Shown here: piece after piece, positions 9,998-20,254 of the stretch
Position numbering within the stretch: position 1 is the stretch's first letter
Layout of the letters: the number at the start of each line of letters is the position of its first letter
The notes under the pieces: model-generated
What the model was told of the DNA's origin: nothing
What the model saw: the letters and a program-made list of their open reading frames with translations, nothing else
The model's database searches: none
From: Candidatus Latescibacterota bacterium
GTDB taxonomy: Bacteria; Latescibacterota; UBA2968
Reading direction: 5' to 3'
Length of the DNA: 64,000 nucleotides
NCBI GenBank assembly: GCA_965204375.1
Contig: OZ241986.1
Location: forward strand, 2,848,001 to 2,912,000
Made by a program: the position numbers and the translations under genes

Positions 9998-10777
9998 ATG
10001 CGCCAGAAATTCTCGGGCATCCTGGAAGAAATGACCATAGACGACGTGCGATCACTCGCACCCAATGTGGCGGTCATACCCATAGGCTCCACCGAACCGC
10101 ACGGACCTGCATTGCCCTATGGGACGGACAGCTTTCAGGTCGAATACGTGGCTTACGGGGGCACGCGCAAAGCCAATGAATTGGGCGGTCGCGTCCTGTG
10201 TTTGCCCACACAGCGGATGAGCTTAAACAACAACTTCCGCGCTTTCCCATTCGCGTGCCGCATGCAAGTCTCCACATTTATGAACCTGTTGAAAGACCTC
10301 GTCACAATGTGCCGTGCAGAAAATGTACACCGCATTGTATTCATCAATGGTCACGGCGGCAACCCCGACACCATCCGCGCAGTACAGCGAGATTTGGCCG
10401 CACAAGATAACCTCTTCACCTGCTTGATCAGCACGGGATCCTGTGCATCAGAAGACGCAAAAGCGATATGGGAAAATCGCAGCGATCACGCAGGCGAAGA
10501 AGAAACCTCCCAAATCCTGTTCTTGCGCCCCGAACTCGTGCGCGAAGATCTGATAGCCAACAATCCTCCCCAATATCCCAAATTGAAAACACTGCGGGAA
10601 TTTCACATCGACTTTGTGCGCCCCTGGCATTTGTATTTGCCCACATCCGCAGGCGGCGATGCGCGAAAAGCCTCAGCGCAAAAAGGTGAAACAGTCTTAA
10701 ACTCAGGCGTGGAAGGAACCGCGCGATTCCTTGCTGAACTGTCACAGGCAGACGACTCAGAGACGTTTCCTTATTGA
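9998..10777 (+). CDS. Creatininase family amidohydrolase
   Basis: PIGSTEPHGPALPYGTD, NGHGGN, DHAGEEETS. Confidence 0.92.
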   Translation: MRQKFSGILEEMTIDDVRSLAPNVAVIPIGSTEPHGPALPYGTDSFQVEYVAYGGTRKANELGGRVLCLPTQRMSLNNNFRAFPFACRMQVSTFMNLLKDLVTMCRAENVHRIVFINGHGGNPDTIRAVQRDLAAQDNLFTCLISTGSCASEDAKAIWENRSDHAGEEETSQILFLRPELVREDLIANNPPQYPKLKTLREFHIDFVRPWHLYLPTSAGGDARKASAQKGETVLNSGVEGTARFLAELSQADDSETFPY

Positions 10778-10789
10778 AAGGACCTTAGC

Positions 10790-11878
10790 ATGATCACCTA
10801 CGACACACTCGGCGTAAAACCATTTATCAATGCGAGTGGCACCATTACCACACTCGGCGGTAGCTTAATGCCAGATGAGGTCCTGGAAGCGATGTGCGCG
10901 GCGGGAGGATCATTTGTCGATTTGAACGACCTGCTCGTAAAAGCAGGTGAATATCTGGCAGACCGCATTGGCGTACCTGCGGCCTTTATCTCGTGTGGTG
11001 CAGCCAGCGGTGTACAATTATCCGCCGCGGCGTGTTTGACGGGACCTGACATAGCAAAAGCGCGCCAGTTGCCGCATACACAGGGATGGCAAAACGAATT
11101 TGTAATCAGCCTGGTCGATAGTCATACGTACATCCATCAGGGCATAGAAGTCTGCGGAGGCAAACTCGTGCGAGTGGGCAGCAAACAAGCGGTAACCAGT
11201 GAAGACCTCATTGGCGGAATCGGCGAAAAAACAGCGGCTGTCGTACATTTTTTGGGCAAACAGAGCAAAGAACAACTCGCAGAAGTCATCGCCGGCGCAG
11301 AAAAAAAAGGCGTACCCGTCATGGTAGATGCGGCAGCACAGTTGCCTCCTCGTTCAAACTTAACCGAACTCGTCGAAATGGGTGCGAGCCTGGTGACATT
11401 CAGCGGCGGCAAGGGATTGTGTGGGCCTCAAAACAGCGGTCTGGTCGTGGGAAAAGCGGATTGCGTAGAAGCCGTGCGGATCAATGCAAGTCCCCACTCG
11501 GCAATTGGACGCGGCATGAAAGTGGGCAAAGAAGAAATCCTGGGATTGATCGCGGCTGTAGATCTGTTTTTGAGCCGAAGCGATGATGAAGACTGTCAGC
11601 GCTGGCACGGGCAAGTTCGCGTTGTTGTAGATGCAGTCAAAAATATCGCAACCGCCTATGTGATGACCGAAGGACAAGATGCTGCGCCCGAGATTGCGCC
11701 CCGCGCATACATAGACCTGCCGGAAGAACAGCGCGATGCCGTAATCCACGCATTGAAAGAGGGCGAGCCGTCAATTGTCGTACGGCGAAGTGCCAGAGGT
11801 ATTTTGATCGACCCGATGACCATGCAAATGGGAGAAGAAGCCGTAGTCACAGAAAAATTGCTGGAGGTATTGACATGA
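10790..11878 (+). CDS. SelA/DgaE-like PLP-dependent enzyme
   Basis: INASGTITTLGGS, VDAAA, FSGGKGLCGPQNSG, IGRGMKVGKEE. Confidence 0.85.
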   Translation: MITYDTLGVKPFINASGTITTLGGSLMPDEVLEAMCAAGGSFVDLNDLLVKAGEYLADRIGVPAAFISCGAASGVQLSAAACLTGPDIAKARQLPHTQGWQNEFVISLVDSHTYIHQGIEVCGGKLVRVGSKQAVTSEDLIGGIGEKTAAVVHFLGKQSKEQLAEVIAGAEKKGVPVMVDAAAQLPPRSNLTELVEMGASLVTFSGGKGLCGPQNSGLVVGKADCVEAVRINASPHSAIGRGMKVGKEEILGLIAAVDLFLSRSDDEDCQRWHGQVRVVVDAVKNIATAYVMTEGQDAAPEIAPRAYIDLPEEQRDAVIHALKEGEPSIVVRRSARGILIDPMTMQMGEEAVVTEKLLEVLT

Positions 11879-12702
11879 TTGACGCGCATTTGCATCTCAC
11901 GCACAACGGCAGATCGGTTGAAGAAACCATCACACATATCGAAGCCATCGGCGCAGAAAAAGCCGTAATGCTACCCATTGAAGATGGCGACGACGAGTTT
12001 GGCTGGATGACCGAAGACATAGTAAAGGCCCATCGGGATCATCCGGCTACTATCATACCCTTCTGCCATGTAGATGTCACGCGAGAAGACACTGTGACCG
12101 AACTGGAAAAACGCGCAGCCAGCGGCATCTTTAAGGGCTATGGAGAACAGAAACAGCACCTGCGATTGGATGATCCACGACTGGAAAAAGTACTGGCAGT
12201 CTGCAATGAATTGAACTGGCCCGTAACCTGGCATTTCCAGGAAGGCGAGCGGGGATATAATCAGGGGATTGAACACCTCGAAGTACTACTAAAAAAATTC
12301 CCCAATATTAAATTCATCGGCCATGCCCAATCGTGGTGGGCGCATATCAGCGCCGACGTACCCGCCCCCGAAGAGACCTTATATCCCAAAGGCACCGTCA
12401 AACCCGGCGGCTTAATAGATCGGCTATTGGCAGACTATCCCAATATGTTTGCCGACTTATCCGCGGGTTCGGGTCTGGGCGGACTGACGCGAGACGAGGA
12501 TTTTACCGCGGGATTCCTGGCGCGTCATGGCAAAAAATTGATGTTTGCCACGGACTGCCCGTGCAGAGATGGCAAGGGTGCGGGCCTCTCCCGCGGCGCG
12601 TGCTTCGCGCAATTGAGTCTCCCATTCCTCAAGCGCATGCTCGCCCCCGATGCACTGGAGGATATCTTGCACAACAATGCAGTGAGAATTTTAAACCTGT
12701 GA
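11875..12702 (+). CDS. Amidohydrolase_2 family protein
   Basis: IDAHLH, YGEQK, ADLSAGSG, FATD, NAVRIL. Confidence 0.85.
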   Translation: MIDAHLHLTHNGRSVEETITHIEAIGAEKAVMLPIEDGDDEFGWMTEDIVKAHRDHPATIIPFCHVDVTREDTVTELEKRAASGIFKGYGEQKQHLRLDDPRLEKVLAVCNELNWPVTWHFQEGERGYNQGIEHLEVLLKKFPNIKFIGHAQSWWAHISADVPAPEETLYPKGTVKPGGLIDRLLADYPNMFADLSAGSGLGGLTRDEDFTAGFLARHGKKLMFATDCPCRDGKGAGLSRGACFAQLSLPFLKRMLAPDALEDILHNNAVRILNL

Positions 12703-12730
12703 GAACCAGACTATCCTACAGGGGCGTGGT

Positions 12731-13645
12731 TTGAAAAGAATTTATGTGTTGCTGACAATGGACTGCGAGACGGCCAGATCCGACGTGACCCCACATGCGG
12801 GGCGGATGTCGGGCAGTGGCCCTGCGGATTACCGGGAGAGTGAACGGTCGATCTATTTTTACTTTGAGATCGCAAAGACGTACGGATTTCCAGTCACGTT
12901 TTTTGCACACCCGGAAGTAGCGCTTGAAAATGCAGATCTGCTTCAGACGCTGCAGGATCAGGGCGCGTGTTTGGGGCTACATTTGCATCCATATAAGCTC
13001 AGAGGGGGGAGATACAAATACGACCTGGGCGCGTATTCTGCGCGTACACAGCGCGAGATTATTCAAGAGGCAATGCAAGTATGGGCATCTGCGCTGGGCA
13101 AGGCGCCCCGTTATTTCAGAGCGGGTTATTTTTCCGCCAATGATTGCACATTCGGCGTGCTGCGCGAACTGGGATTTGTGGGCGGCAGTCTTTCAAATCC
13201 GGGGCGGGTTTTGCCCGCGCACTGCAGTGTTTGGGCCGGTGCAGAGCCCTATCCCCACCGGGCGCATCTGGGATTTCGTTTGATTCGAGGAAATAGCGAC
13301 TTTATCAATGTGCCGGTATCCGCAGCATTTGGCAGGCCGGTTGCGCAGGGCCATGCGGGCGAACGGGGTTATGAGTGGTCCTATGTTCCGCACACATACG
13401 ACCACAGGGCAATTATTCGGGATGTGCTGAATCGTTTCCGAACCGAAGATCCCCGGTTTGGCACCCTTGTGACGGACAGCCATAATGACCAGGACTATTC
13501 CAACCCCGGGCATCCCGCAAGGCAGAACCTGGAGTTGATACTCAGATCAATTGGAGATTTCTGCGAGCAAATGGAGATGCTCCCCGTGGGGATTACGCTC
13601 GATGCCCTGTGTGAGCTTGTCCTGGCGGATGGGGATGCCTATTAA
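12731..13645 (+). CDS. Polysaccharide deacetylase-like protein
   Basis: LTMDCE, PVTFF, GLHLHP, FRAGYF; TTG start. Confidence 0.7.
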   Translation: MKRIYVLLTMDCETARSDVTPHAGRMSGSGPADYRESERSIYFYFEIAKTYGFPVTFFAHPEVALENADLLQTLQDQGACLGLHLHPYKLRGGRYKYDLGAYSARTQREIIQEAMQVWASALGKAPRYFRAGYFSANDCTFGVLRELGFVGGSLSNPGRVLPAHCSVWAGAEPYPHRAHLGFRLIRGNSDFINVPVSAAFGRPVAQGHAGERGYEWSYVPHTYDHRAIIRDVLNRFRTEDPRFGTLVTDSHNDQDYSNPGHPARQNLELILRSIGDFCEQMEMLPVGITLDALCELVLADGDAY

Positions 13646-13658
13646 ATGGGAGGAGACC

Positions 13659-14471
13659 ATGCGCATCGATTCTCACGTACACGTATGGACAATGGGGACA
13701 CCGCCGTTTACCCATAATGATGGCATGACCGCGCAACGGCCCGATTATCCGGGGCTGGTGGAAAATCTCATCAGGTACATGGATCTCAATGAAATAGACC
13801 GCACTGTACTGATCCAGTGCATGTATCACGGGTATGACAATCGCTATATGTGCGATTGTTTGAGGCGCTTTCCAGATCGCCTGCACGGGGTAGCGCTGAT
13901 CGATCCCCTGAAACCCGACGCACCCGAAACGCTGGCGCGTCTGCACCGGGACCACGGGGTGCAGGGGATGCGATTGTATCCGATTAAAGATCGGGATGCG
14001 TCGTGGTTGTCAGACCCTGGACAGCATGCGCTTTGGGAGACGGCACAAAGGCTGGGCGTACCGTTTACATGGTTTGGACGCTGCCATCAGATTCCACTGC
14101 TGGAACCGATGTTACAGCAATTTCCCGAGGTAAATGTGATAGTAGATCACCTGGGCGAACCGATCCTGTCCGAGGGGCTGGATTTCGGGATCTTGCTGGC
14201 AGCGGCAAAGTATCCCAATCTCTTTGTTAAAGCGACCCGGATTGATGGGATTTCCGAGCAGTCCTGGCCACACGAGGATGTGTATCCCTATGTCAGAGCC
14301 GTGTACGAGGCTTTTGGACCTGAACGGATTCTGGGATGCACGGGATTTCCCGAGAATCCACAGCGCGGAGAAGCAGTTGGTTTTCGCGTAATTGAAGCGA
14401 TGGATTTTCTGTCAGATGAAGACAGAGCATGGATTTTGGGCAAAACAGCCGATACACTCTACAGCACATAG
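13659..14471 (+). CDS. Amidohydrolase_2 family (sugar-lactonase-like) protein
   Basis: GGAGGAG RBS then MRIDSHVHVW; YDNRY, VDHLG, FGPERI. Confidence 0.85.
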   Translation: MRIDSHVHVWTMGTPPFTHNDGMTAQRPDYPGLVENLIRYMDLNEIDRTVLIQCMYHGYDNRYMCDCLRRFPDRLHGVALIDPLKPDAPETLARLHRDHGVQGMRLYPIKDRDASWLSDPGQHALWETAQRLGVPFTWFGRCHQIPLLEPMLQQFPEVNVIVDHLGEPILSEGLDFGILLAAAKYPNLFVKATRIDGISEQSWPHEDVYPYVRAVYEAFGPERILGCTGFPENPQRGEAVGFRVIEAMDFLSDEDRAWILGKTADTLYST

Positions 14472-14495
14472 GGAAAGACTGAAGGAGGGATTCAC

Positions 14496-15533
14496 ATGCA
14501 AATCTTTGATCGATATACAGATATCCTGCAGCGGATTGAGCAGAAGGGATACCCATCTCAGGTACTCGGACATACGCCGGATGGATCGCCGCTGGTATGT
14601 CTCAGGACCGGCGGAGAAAAAACGCCAGCCATCTTTATCAGCGCGGGTAGCCATTCGACAGAACAGGCCGGGGTAGGAGCGGCAATGGAACTTCTGGACG
14701 CGCTCGACACAGAACACCAGGTCTATGTGATTCCCACTCGAGACCCAATGGGAATGAACGGATATGCGTACGCACTGAGTTTAAGCCTCGGCGAAGAGCC
14801 AGAATTAAACGCCATAGAGGACGTCGAAAAAATCCTGAGAGCACGCGGCGAAGTACTCTACGAAGAAGGTGAAACAGTAGTCGCAATCATCGGCGAATAC
14901 GGGTATTCGACTGTGGGAATTTTTGGAAAATTCGACATAGGAGTCGATTTTTTAAAACCGCTCTTTGGGCGGCGCATTTTCTTTCCATCGAGTGCCGAAG
15001 GCATTGAAGGCACTGCCCTCTGCCAGAGAGCTTATACACTGATAGTGAGCCCAGAAGGCGAAGTATTGCACATCAATCGCTTTCACGACACAGCCTGGTC
15101 GCCCGTGGAACCGCGTTGCACGCGCAATTTGATGGCTGAAATTCAACCCGGACTGACCCTGGACCTGCACGAATACGGAGGAGACGGCTTCTGGTTCTCT
15201 GCCCGTCACCAGCGCAATGAGGATGATGAAATGTGGGAAAAGAGGATGGCAGATGCAATAATTCGGGCAGTTGCCGATTCCGGAGCCAACCTTGCGCCAG
15301 AAGGTTATACGCCCGGATCGTTTTTCGAGACAGGTGAACGCGGCGTATTCTGGTTAATTGCCCAGGAGCGAGGAGAGGGTCTAAATCTGGCCGATTACGG
15401 AGCGCATCAATACGGTCCATCATTTACGATCGAGACGGGAATGACCATGCAGGGCGGGTATCAGGAGCGCGTACAAACGTCTATGTTGGCAGCGCAAACC
15501 GCGATTTCGGTTTTTGAAGAACGCTGGCGTTGA
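14496..15533 (+). CDS. M14 zinc-carboxypeptidase/deacylase-like protein
   Basis: AGSHSTE (HxxE), NRFH, LDLHE, FTIET. Confidence 0.7.
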   Translation: MQIFDRYTDILQRIEQKGYPSQVLGHTPDGSPLVCLRTGGEKTPAIFISAGSHSTEQAGVGAAMELLDALDTEHQVYVIPTRDPMGMNGYAYALSLSLGEEPELNAIEDVEKILRARGEVLYEEGETVVAIIGEYGYSTVGIFGKFDIGVDFLKPLFGRRIFFPSSAEGIEGTALCQRAYTLIVSPEGEVLHINRFHDTAWSPVEPRCTRNLMAEIQPGLTLDLHEYGGDGFWFSARHQRNEDDEMWEKRMADAIIRAVADSGANLAPEGYTPGSFFETGERGVFWLIAQERGEGLNLADYGAHQYGPSFTIETGMTMQGGYQERVQTSMLAAQTAISVFEERWR

Positions 15534-15550
15534 GTAAGGCGATAGCAGGT

Positions 15551-15808
15551 TCAGGCAGGAGATCGCGATTCTGAGATTAATGAACGGAGTGCTTTATTTA
15601 CAGAATTGGAATCGGGGAAATGTTGTTTTACATCTGGGTCTAACATAATAGAACCGTCTTCCTCTGTGAAACAGCGGGTTTCTATTGAGCCATCCTCTTT
15701 TCTTATTTTAACCGTATGTCCTTCACGGTAAGCCTTAAAATGTTTTCCCCGAACTCCGTCGGAGAAATCGTATTCCGATCGCATTTTCTTATTTTTATTG
15801 TCCTTCAT
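15551..15808 (-). CDS. BrnA-like antitoxin
   Basis: MRSEYDFS..VRGK and LDPDV..F..S.SVNKALR; overlaps the end of brnT. Confidence 0.8.
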   Translation of the reverse strand: MKDNKNKKMRSEYDFSDGVRGKHFKAYREGHTVKIRKEDGSIETRCFTEEDGSIMLDPDVKQHFPDSNSVNKALRSLISESRSPA

Positions 15809-17771
15809 AATTGCGGCGCTCCCCTCGGGTGGCTTCTCTGCTGCTGATGAGACGAATTCGTGACCCTCTTTCTGTATAGGAGACTACGAGAAATCTTCCT
15901 TTTGATGAAAGTCCCAAATCAATATACCGGTCTTCATTTATTGAATGATCTGGATCATAAACTGTAATAGCAAAAGGATCGTTAAAGATTGACGGGTCGG
16001 CAAAAAGTCTTAAAATCAAGGGAGAAAGCCCCCTGTAACCCCTTGTCGTGGGTACTTCAAATCGTCTGTTCATACGCCCTGATATAGGTTTGTAAGGCCC
16101 AATAACCCGCTGATGACCTTGCAAGGCACTCAAAAGCCTACCAAAAAGCTTTTGAGGGTAAAAGGACCCCCTATAGACAGCGACACGATGGATATTGAGA
16201 CCCAATGCGCTGAGCAAGACCCGATATTTTACCGCACCTTGCCCACGCACCCGCAGGTGAGCCAGTCCCATTTGATGCTTTAGACGCGATATGGTCGCTT
16301 CGATGCCAGCACGCCAGCGGTATTGGTCACGGAAGACATCAGACTGTTCAAACAGACGCCGGGCACGTTGCTTGACACGCTCGTGGGTATATTGGAGACG
16401 CGCTTTCCCTGGGATTGGACAGTGCTCTTGCAAGGGGCATTGGTCACATAAATCTGGGGCAAATCGAACCTGAAGGCGTTTCTTGCTCACAGACATCTCA
16501 AGGGGTGCATGGCCGGCTGGACATCGCTGGATGTGCCCAGATGCATCTACTTCAAAGTCCTCCAACGTCAATTTACCCTGACCTTTGCCCTTGGGGGGCA
16601 TCGACGGAGCCAACAACGTGACACCTCTATCTTTGGCCTGCGCGATACATTTTGTCGAACCGTAGTGCGTATCGGCCAGCAGATGCTTGGGCATCACGCC
16701 ACGGGCTTGTGTATCCTGTATGGCAGGTAAGAGGGCTTTACTGTCATGGACTGTCATCTTGCCAACGGCGATATGCGTGATCAGGTCTGGCAGGGCAACT
16801 TTAGACACGCCTGATGTGGCGTCCTGTGCCTCATCGTCTTTGTCGGTATCATCACAGAAGGTCTCCATGACCTGTATGAGGTAGCCCACCCCACGATGCT
16901 TATTATAGCTGGCGTCAGGATCGGCCGGATTAAGCGTATTATCACACGGTATCGCATGGGGATCCCGCATCTGGATGCTGCTTTGACCAGATGCGCCTTG
17001 TATGCGTTGGCACTGTTCTTCAAAAACACCTGCCAACAGATGGTAGCTGTCCAACTGCGCCGCTTCGGTTGGACAAAACAGCTTTAGCAATGCATCTATA
17101 TCGGCGGCGGCTTCTAACAATCGACACTTTGACTGGCTCGGTGTGGTTAAAGCGAAACACCCATCGCCTGTGCGGGCAACATACTTGCGCCACAAGTCAC
17201 AGTCCAGTTCCTGATACAACTCTGGGCAGGTTCGACGCAACTGGCGCAAGAATTTACTCATGGACTCGACCAGAATGCCCAAGCGTGTCAGGTTGCGCAT
17301 AAAGCTTTGGACACCCGTCGAGTCAATCCGCTGCTTGCGGGTATGAACCCCTACCGAATGAATGAGCTTGTCGGTCAGACTTTGGAAGAGCACCTCATCC
17401 AGGTGATGCTGAATCACCAAACGACGATAGGTGCGAAGCGTTCGCTCGCAAAAATAACAGTCGGCTTCACTGCGCACATCAAGGGCATACTGCCAAGCGA
17501 TGTTGAATGCAATGGCCTCCACTGTCTGTGCATCGGTCAAATCATGCAGTTGTTGCAGCACCAGTGCGCCGAGCACAACGTGGAGGTCTTTGCTGGGACG
17601 CCCAAAATTTTTGCTAAAATGGGGGGCCAGTGCCTCAACGGGCAGTTCCAAAAGCAGATACTCTCGGAAAACACCAGCCCAGGAACGATCAAGAAGTTGC
17701 TTGCGTTTAGCCCCAAGCTGTATCCAGAAATCCGGTGGGGCTGCCCTATCGTGGTCTCGTAAAGTAAGCAT
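15795..17771 (-). CDS. DDE transposase (DUF772-like N-terminus, IS1182/IS4-like core) running in frame into the BrnT C-terminus
   Basis: FGRPSK, RIDST, DPDASY, LADTHY, CPAG..CDQCP, YRWRAGIEATISRLK; no stop before the IR. Confidence 0.9.
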   Translation of the reverse strand: MLTLRDHDRAAPPDFWIQLGAKRKQLLDRSWAGVFREYLLLELPVEALAPHFSKNFGRPSKDLHVVLGALVLQQLHDLTDAQTVEAIAFNIAWQYALDVRSEADCYFCERTLRTYRRLVIQHHLDEVLFQSLTDKLIHSVGVHTRKQRIDSTGVQSFMRNLTRLGILVESMSKFLRQLRRTCPELYQELDCDLWRKYVARTGDGCFALTTPSQSKCRLLEAAADIDALLKLFCPTEAAQLDSYHLLAGVFEEQCQRIQGASGQSSIQMRDPHAIPCDNTLNPADPDASYNKHRGVGYLIQVMETFCDDTDKDDEAQDATSGVSKVALPDLITHIAVGKMTVHDSKALLPAIQDTQARGVMPKHLLADTHYGSTKCIAQAKDRGVTLLAPSMPPKGKGQGKLTLEDFEVDASGHIQRCPAGHAPLEMSVSKKRLQVRFAPDLCDQCPLQEHCPIPGKARLQYTHERVKQRARRLFEQSDVFRDQYRWRAGIEATISRLKHQMGLAHLRVRGQGAVKYRVLLSALGLNIHRVAVYRGSFYPQKLFGRLLSALQGHQRVIGPYKPISGRMNRRFEVPTTRGYRGLSPLILRLFADPSIFNDPFAITVYDPDHSINEDRYIDLGLSSKGRFLVVSYTERGSRIRLISSREATRGERRNYEGQ

Positions 17772-17830
17772 AAACGAAATATAGCTTACCAAAACTATCG
17801 GGGCAATCTCTGACTTTTTGCCGACCCGTC
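15991..17830 (-). mobile_element. IS1182-like insertion sequence, 1840 bp
   Basis: Perfect 19-bp terminal IRs GACGGGTCGGCAAAAAGTC (15991-16009 and 17812-17830); AAAGATT duplicated at 15984-15990 and 17831-17837. Confidence 0.93.
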
Positions 17831-18020
17831 AAAGATTGTCTTTGCCTCTTCGAAACTGACACCGTGTTTTCTCTCATTCTCCCTGGATTTATTCTCATCC
17901 CATTCAAATATCAGTGACAAAGGTACATCTCCATTTTGCTTGATTTATTACATTTGTAATATTTCAATAATAGCCAAATTTCACGCGTACTACAAGAGAA
18001 GAAATCTGAAGGCTAAATAT

Positions 18021-19346
18021 ATGATCTGGCACATAATTCAAAAAATTGCATTGTGTGTTTTTGTCACGCTTATTGCGTGCGGTGGTGATAAACCCACAGA
18101 TCCAGAAAACGGGGATAATCCCACAGATAGTGGTCTGGATGCACACCGATTTGATATTACGGAAAATCAGACCAGTGATTTCGGTATGAACACGCCTGGT
18201 GGGCGCGGGGGCAGGATCATTCGGGTGACAAATCTATTGCCGAGTGGACAGGGATCACTGGATGCGGCGCTATCTGCAGCGGGATCGCGTATTGTAGTAT
18301 TTGAAGTGGGAGGGGTCATTGATCTGAACAAAACGCGGTTGAACATTCGCGACCCATTTGTAACCGTGGCCGGACAAACCGCGCCGAGTCCGGGCATTAC
18401 CATCATTCGCGGTGCAATTTCTATACAGACACACGATGTAATTTTACAGCATATTCGGGTGCGCCCAGGCGATGCGGGCGAAGCAAAAAGAAGTGGGTGG
18501 GAGCCAGATGGCATCTCCACAGCGGGTAGTGATGCGTACAATGTGTTGATCGATCACTGTTCTATTTCATGGGCAGTGGATGAAAATTTGAGCGCATCTG
18601 GACCAAACACCGAGGGACCTGATGCGACTTCTCGGCGCATCGCATTTGTCAATTGCATTATCGCCGAATGCCTGAATGATGCATCGCACAGCAAAGGTCC
18701 CCACTCCATGGGATCGCTGATTCACGACTTCTGCCGAGAAATCGCCATCATCGGCAATTTGTATGCCCACAATGCAAATCGCAATCCGTATTTCAAGGCA
18801 TTTACAACCGGGGTGATCGTGAACAATTTGATCTACAACCCGGGGGCGCGGGCGATTCAACTGAGTTTTTCAGATGCCGAATTTAGCGATACCAATCTCG
18901 TTCCACAAAATGCGCGTGTGAGCGTGGTGGGCAATGTAATGATTCACGGTAGCAATACGCGGTCGGGACTGGCACTGGTATCCTCAAAGGGCGATGCGTA
19001 TCTCGAAGATAATATCGCGCTGGATCGCATGGGGTCTCTTGTGCCTTTGACCTCGGGAAATATCCGCATTTTGGAAGAGAAACCCATCTGGGGTAACATC
19101 ACACCATTGCCTGCATCAGCAGTAGTGGAACATGTGGTACAAAGTGCAGGTGCGCGTCCAAAAGACCGCGATGAGACAGATCAGAGGATTATACGCGAGT
19201 TTCTCGATCGCGAGGGTCGGATGATAGATACTCAGAATGAAGTGGGTGGATATCCGCAGATTAATATGGTCAGAAGGCCGCTGGATATTCCCTCGGACGT
19301 GGATGCGTGGTTAGCGCGACTCGCGGCAGATATTGAAGGAAATTAA
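18021..19346 (+). CDS. Pectate lyase (PL1-like), probable lipoprotein
   Basis: LIAC lipobox; GGRGG, VAGQTAPSPGI, IDHCSISWAVDE, RNP. Confidence 0.85.
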   Translation: MIWHIIQKIALCVFVTLIACGGDKPTDPENGDNPTDSGLDAHRFDITENQTSDFGMNTPGGRGGRIIRVTNLLPSGQGSLDAALSAAGSRIVVFEVGGVIDLNKTRLNIRDPFVTVAGQTAPSPGITIIRGAISIQTHDVILQHIRVRPGDAGEAKRSGWEPDGISTAGSDAYNVLIDHCSISWAVDENLSASGPNTEGPDATSRRIAFVNCIIAECLNDASHSKGPHSMGSLIHDFCREIAIIGNLYAHNANRNPYFKAFTTGVIVNNLIYNPGARAIQLSFSDAEFSDTNLVPQNARVSVVGNVMIHGSNTRSGLALVSSKGDAYLEDNIALDRMGSLVPLTSGNIRILEEKPIWGNITPLPASAVVEHVVQSAGARPKDRDETDQRIIREFLDREGRMIDTQNEVGGYPQINMVRRPLDIPSDVDAWLARLAADIEGN

Positions 19347-19381
19347 CCCTTCAAAGAAGAAAGGTCATAAGGAGAACACAA

Positions 19382-20254
19382 ATGCAAAAACGAACACTTG
19401 GACGCACTGGACATCAGAGCACAGTAGCGACCTTTGGCGCATTCTCGGTGGGATATGTAGATCAGGACGAAGCGGACCGCGCCATACAACTCGTCCTCGA
19501 CCACGGCGTAAACCACATCGACATCGCGCCGAGCTACGGACACGCAATGGAACGCGTAGCCCCGTGGATGCCCGACATACGGGACGACGTATTCCTCGGC
19601 TCAAAAACAACCGGTCGCACGCGCGACGAAGCGTGGCGGGACGTGGAACAAATGATGAAACGACTAAACGTCGAAAACTTTGACCTGTTCCAACTCCACT
19701 CAGTCGGCAATATATCCGAACTGGATAAAACCACCGCATCGGGTGGCGCACTCGAAACCCTGATAGAAATGCGCGAACAGGACTTGACCCAATGGCTGGG
19801 CATCACCGGACACGGGCCGCAGGTACCGAGTACCATCCTGGAAAGCCTCGGACGCTTCGACTTCGACACCGTCATGTTCCCGCTGAACCCGGCAAGCATG
19901 CGAGACGCGAACTATCGCCGGGACGCCGAAGCACTAATCGCCGAGGCAAATGAGCGCGACATCGGCATCCAAACAATCAAAATGATCGCACGCGGCGGCT
20001 GGGGTGAAAATTCAAAAGACTGCCACACCTGGTACGACCCGCACCGGGAACAAGAAGCCATTGACCGATCTCTTTGGTGGGTCCTATCACAGCCTGTACA
20101 CACCGCCCCTACCTGTGGTGAAATCAGCTTGCTGCCAAAAGTCCTCGACGCCGCCGAGCGATTCGTCCCCTTCACCCCTGACGAACAGGCCGCCGCCATC
20201 GCTGCACAGTGCCCACCTCAACCGCTTCCAGCACTGGCAATACCGGAAGTGTGA
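19382..20254 (+). CDS. Aldo/keto reductase
   Basis: RTLGRTG, IDIAPSYG, DLFQLH, GITGH. Confidence 0.92.
   Translation: MQKRTLGRTGHQSTVATFGAFSVGYVDQDEADRAIQLVLDHGVNHIDIAPSYGHAMERVAPWMPDIRDDVFLGSKTTGRTRDEAWRDVEQMMKRLNVENFDLFQLHSVGNISELDKTTASGGALETLIEMREQDLTQWLGITGHGPQVPSTILESLGRFDFDTVMFPLNPASMRDANYRRDAEALIAEANERDIGIQTIKMIARGGWGENSKDCHTWYDPHREQEAIDRSLWWVLSQPVHTAPTCGEISLLPKVLDAAERFVPFTPDEQAAAIAAQCPPQPLPALAIPEV

Larger units (their letters stand above)
15795..17920 (-). pseudogene. brnT: BrnT toxin gene split by an IS (N-part 17831-17920, C-part 15795-15983)
   Basis: Removing the IS and one target copy gives MSLIFEWDENKSRENERKHGVSFEEAKTIF-NDPFAITVYDPDHSINEDRY...RIRLISSREATRGERRNYEGQ; GGAG RBS before TTG at 17920. 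Confidence 0.93.

Noticed and set aside
10790-11878. Selenocysteine synthase selA
   Set aside because: Shorter, DgaE-like motifs, and no selB, selC or selD nearby
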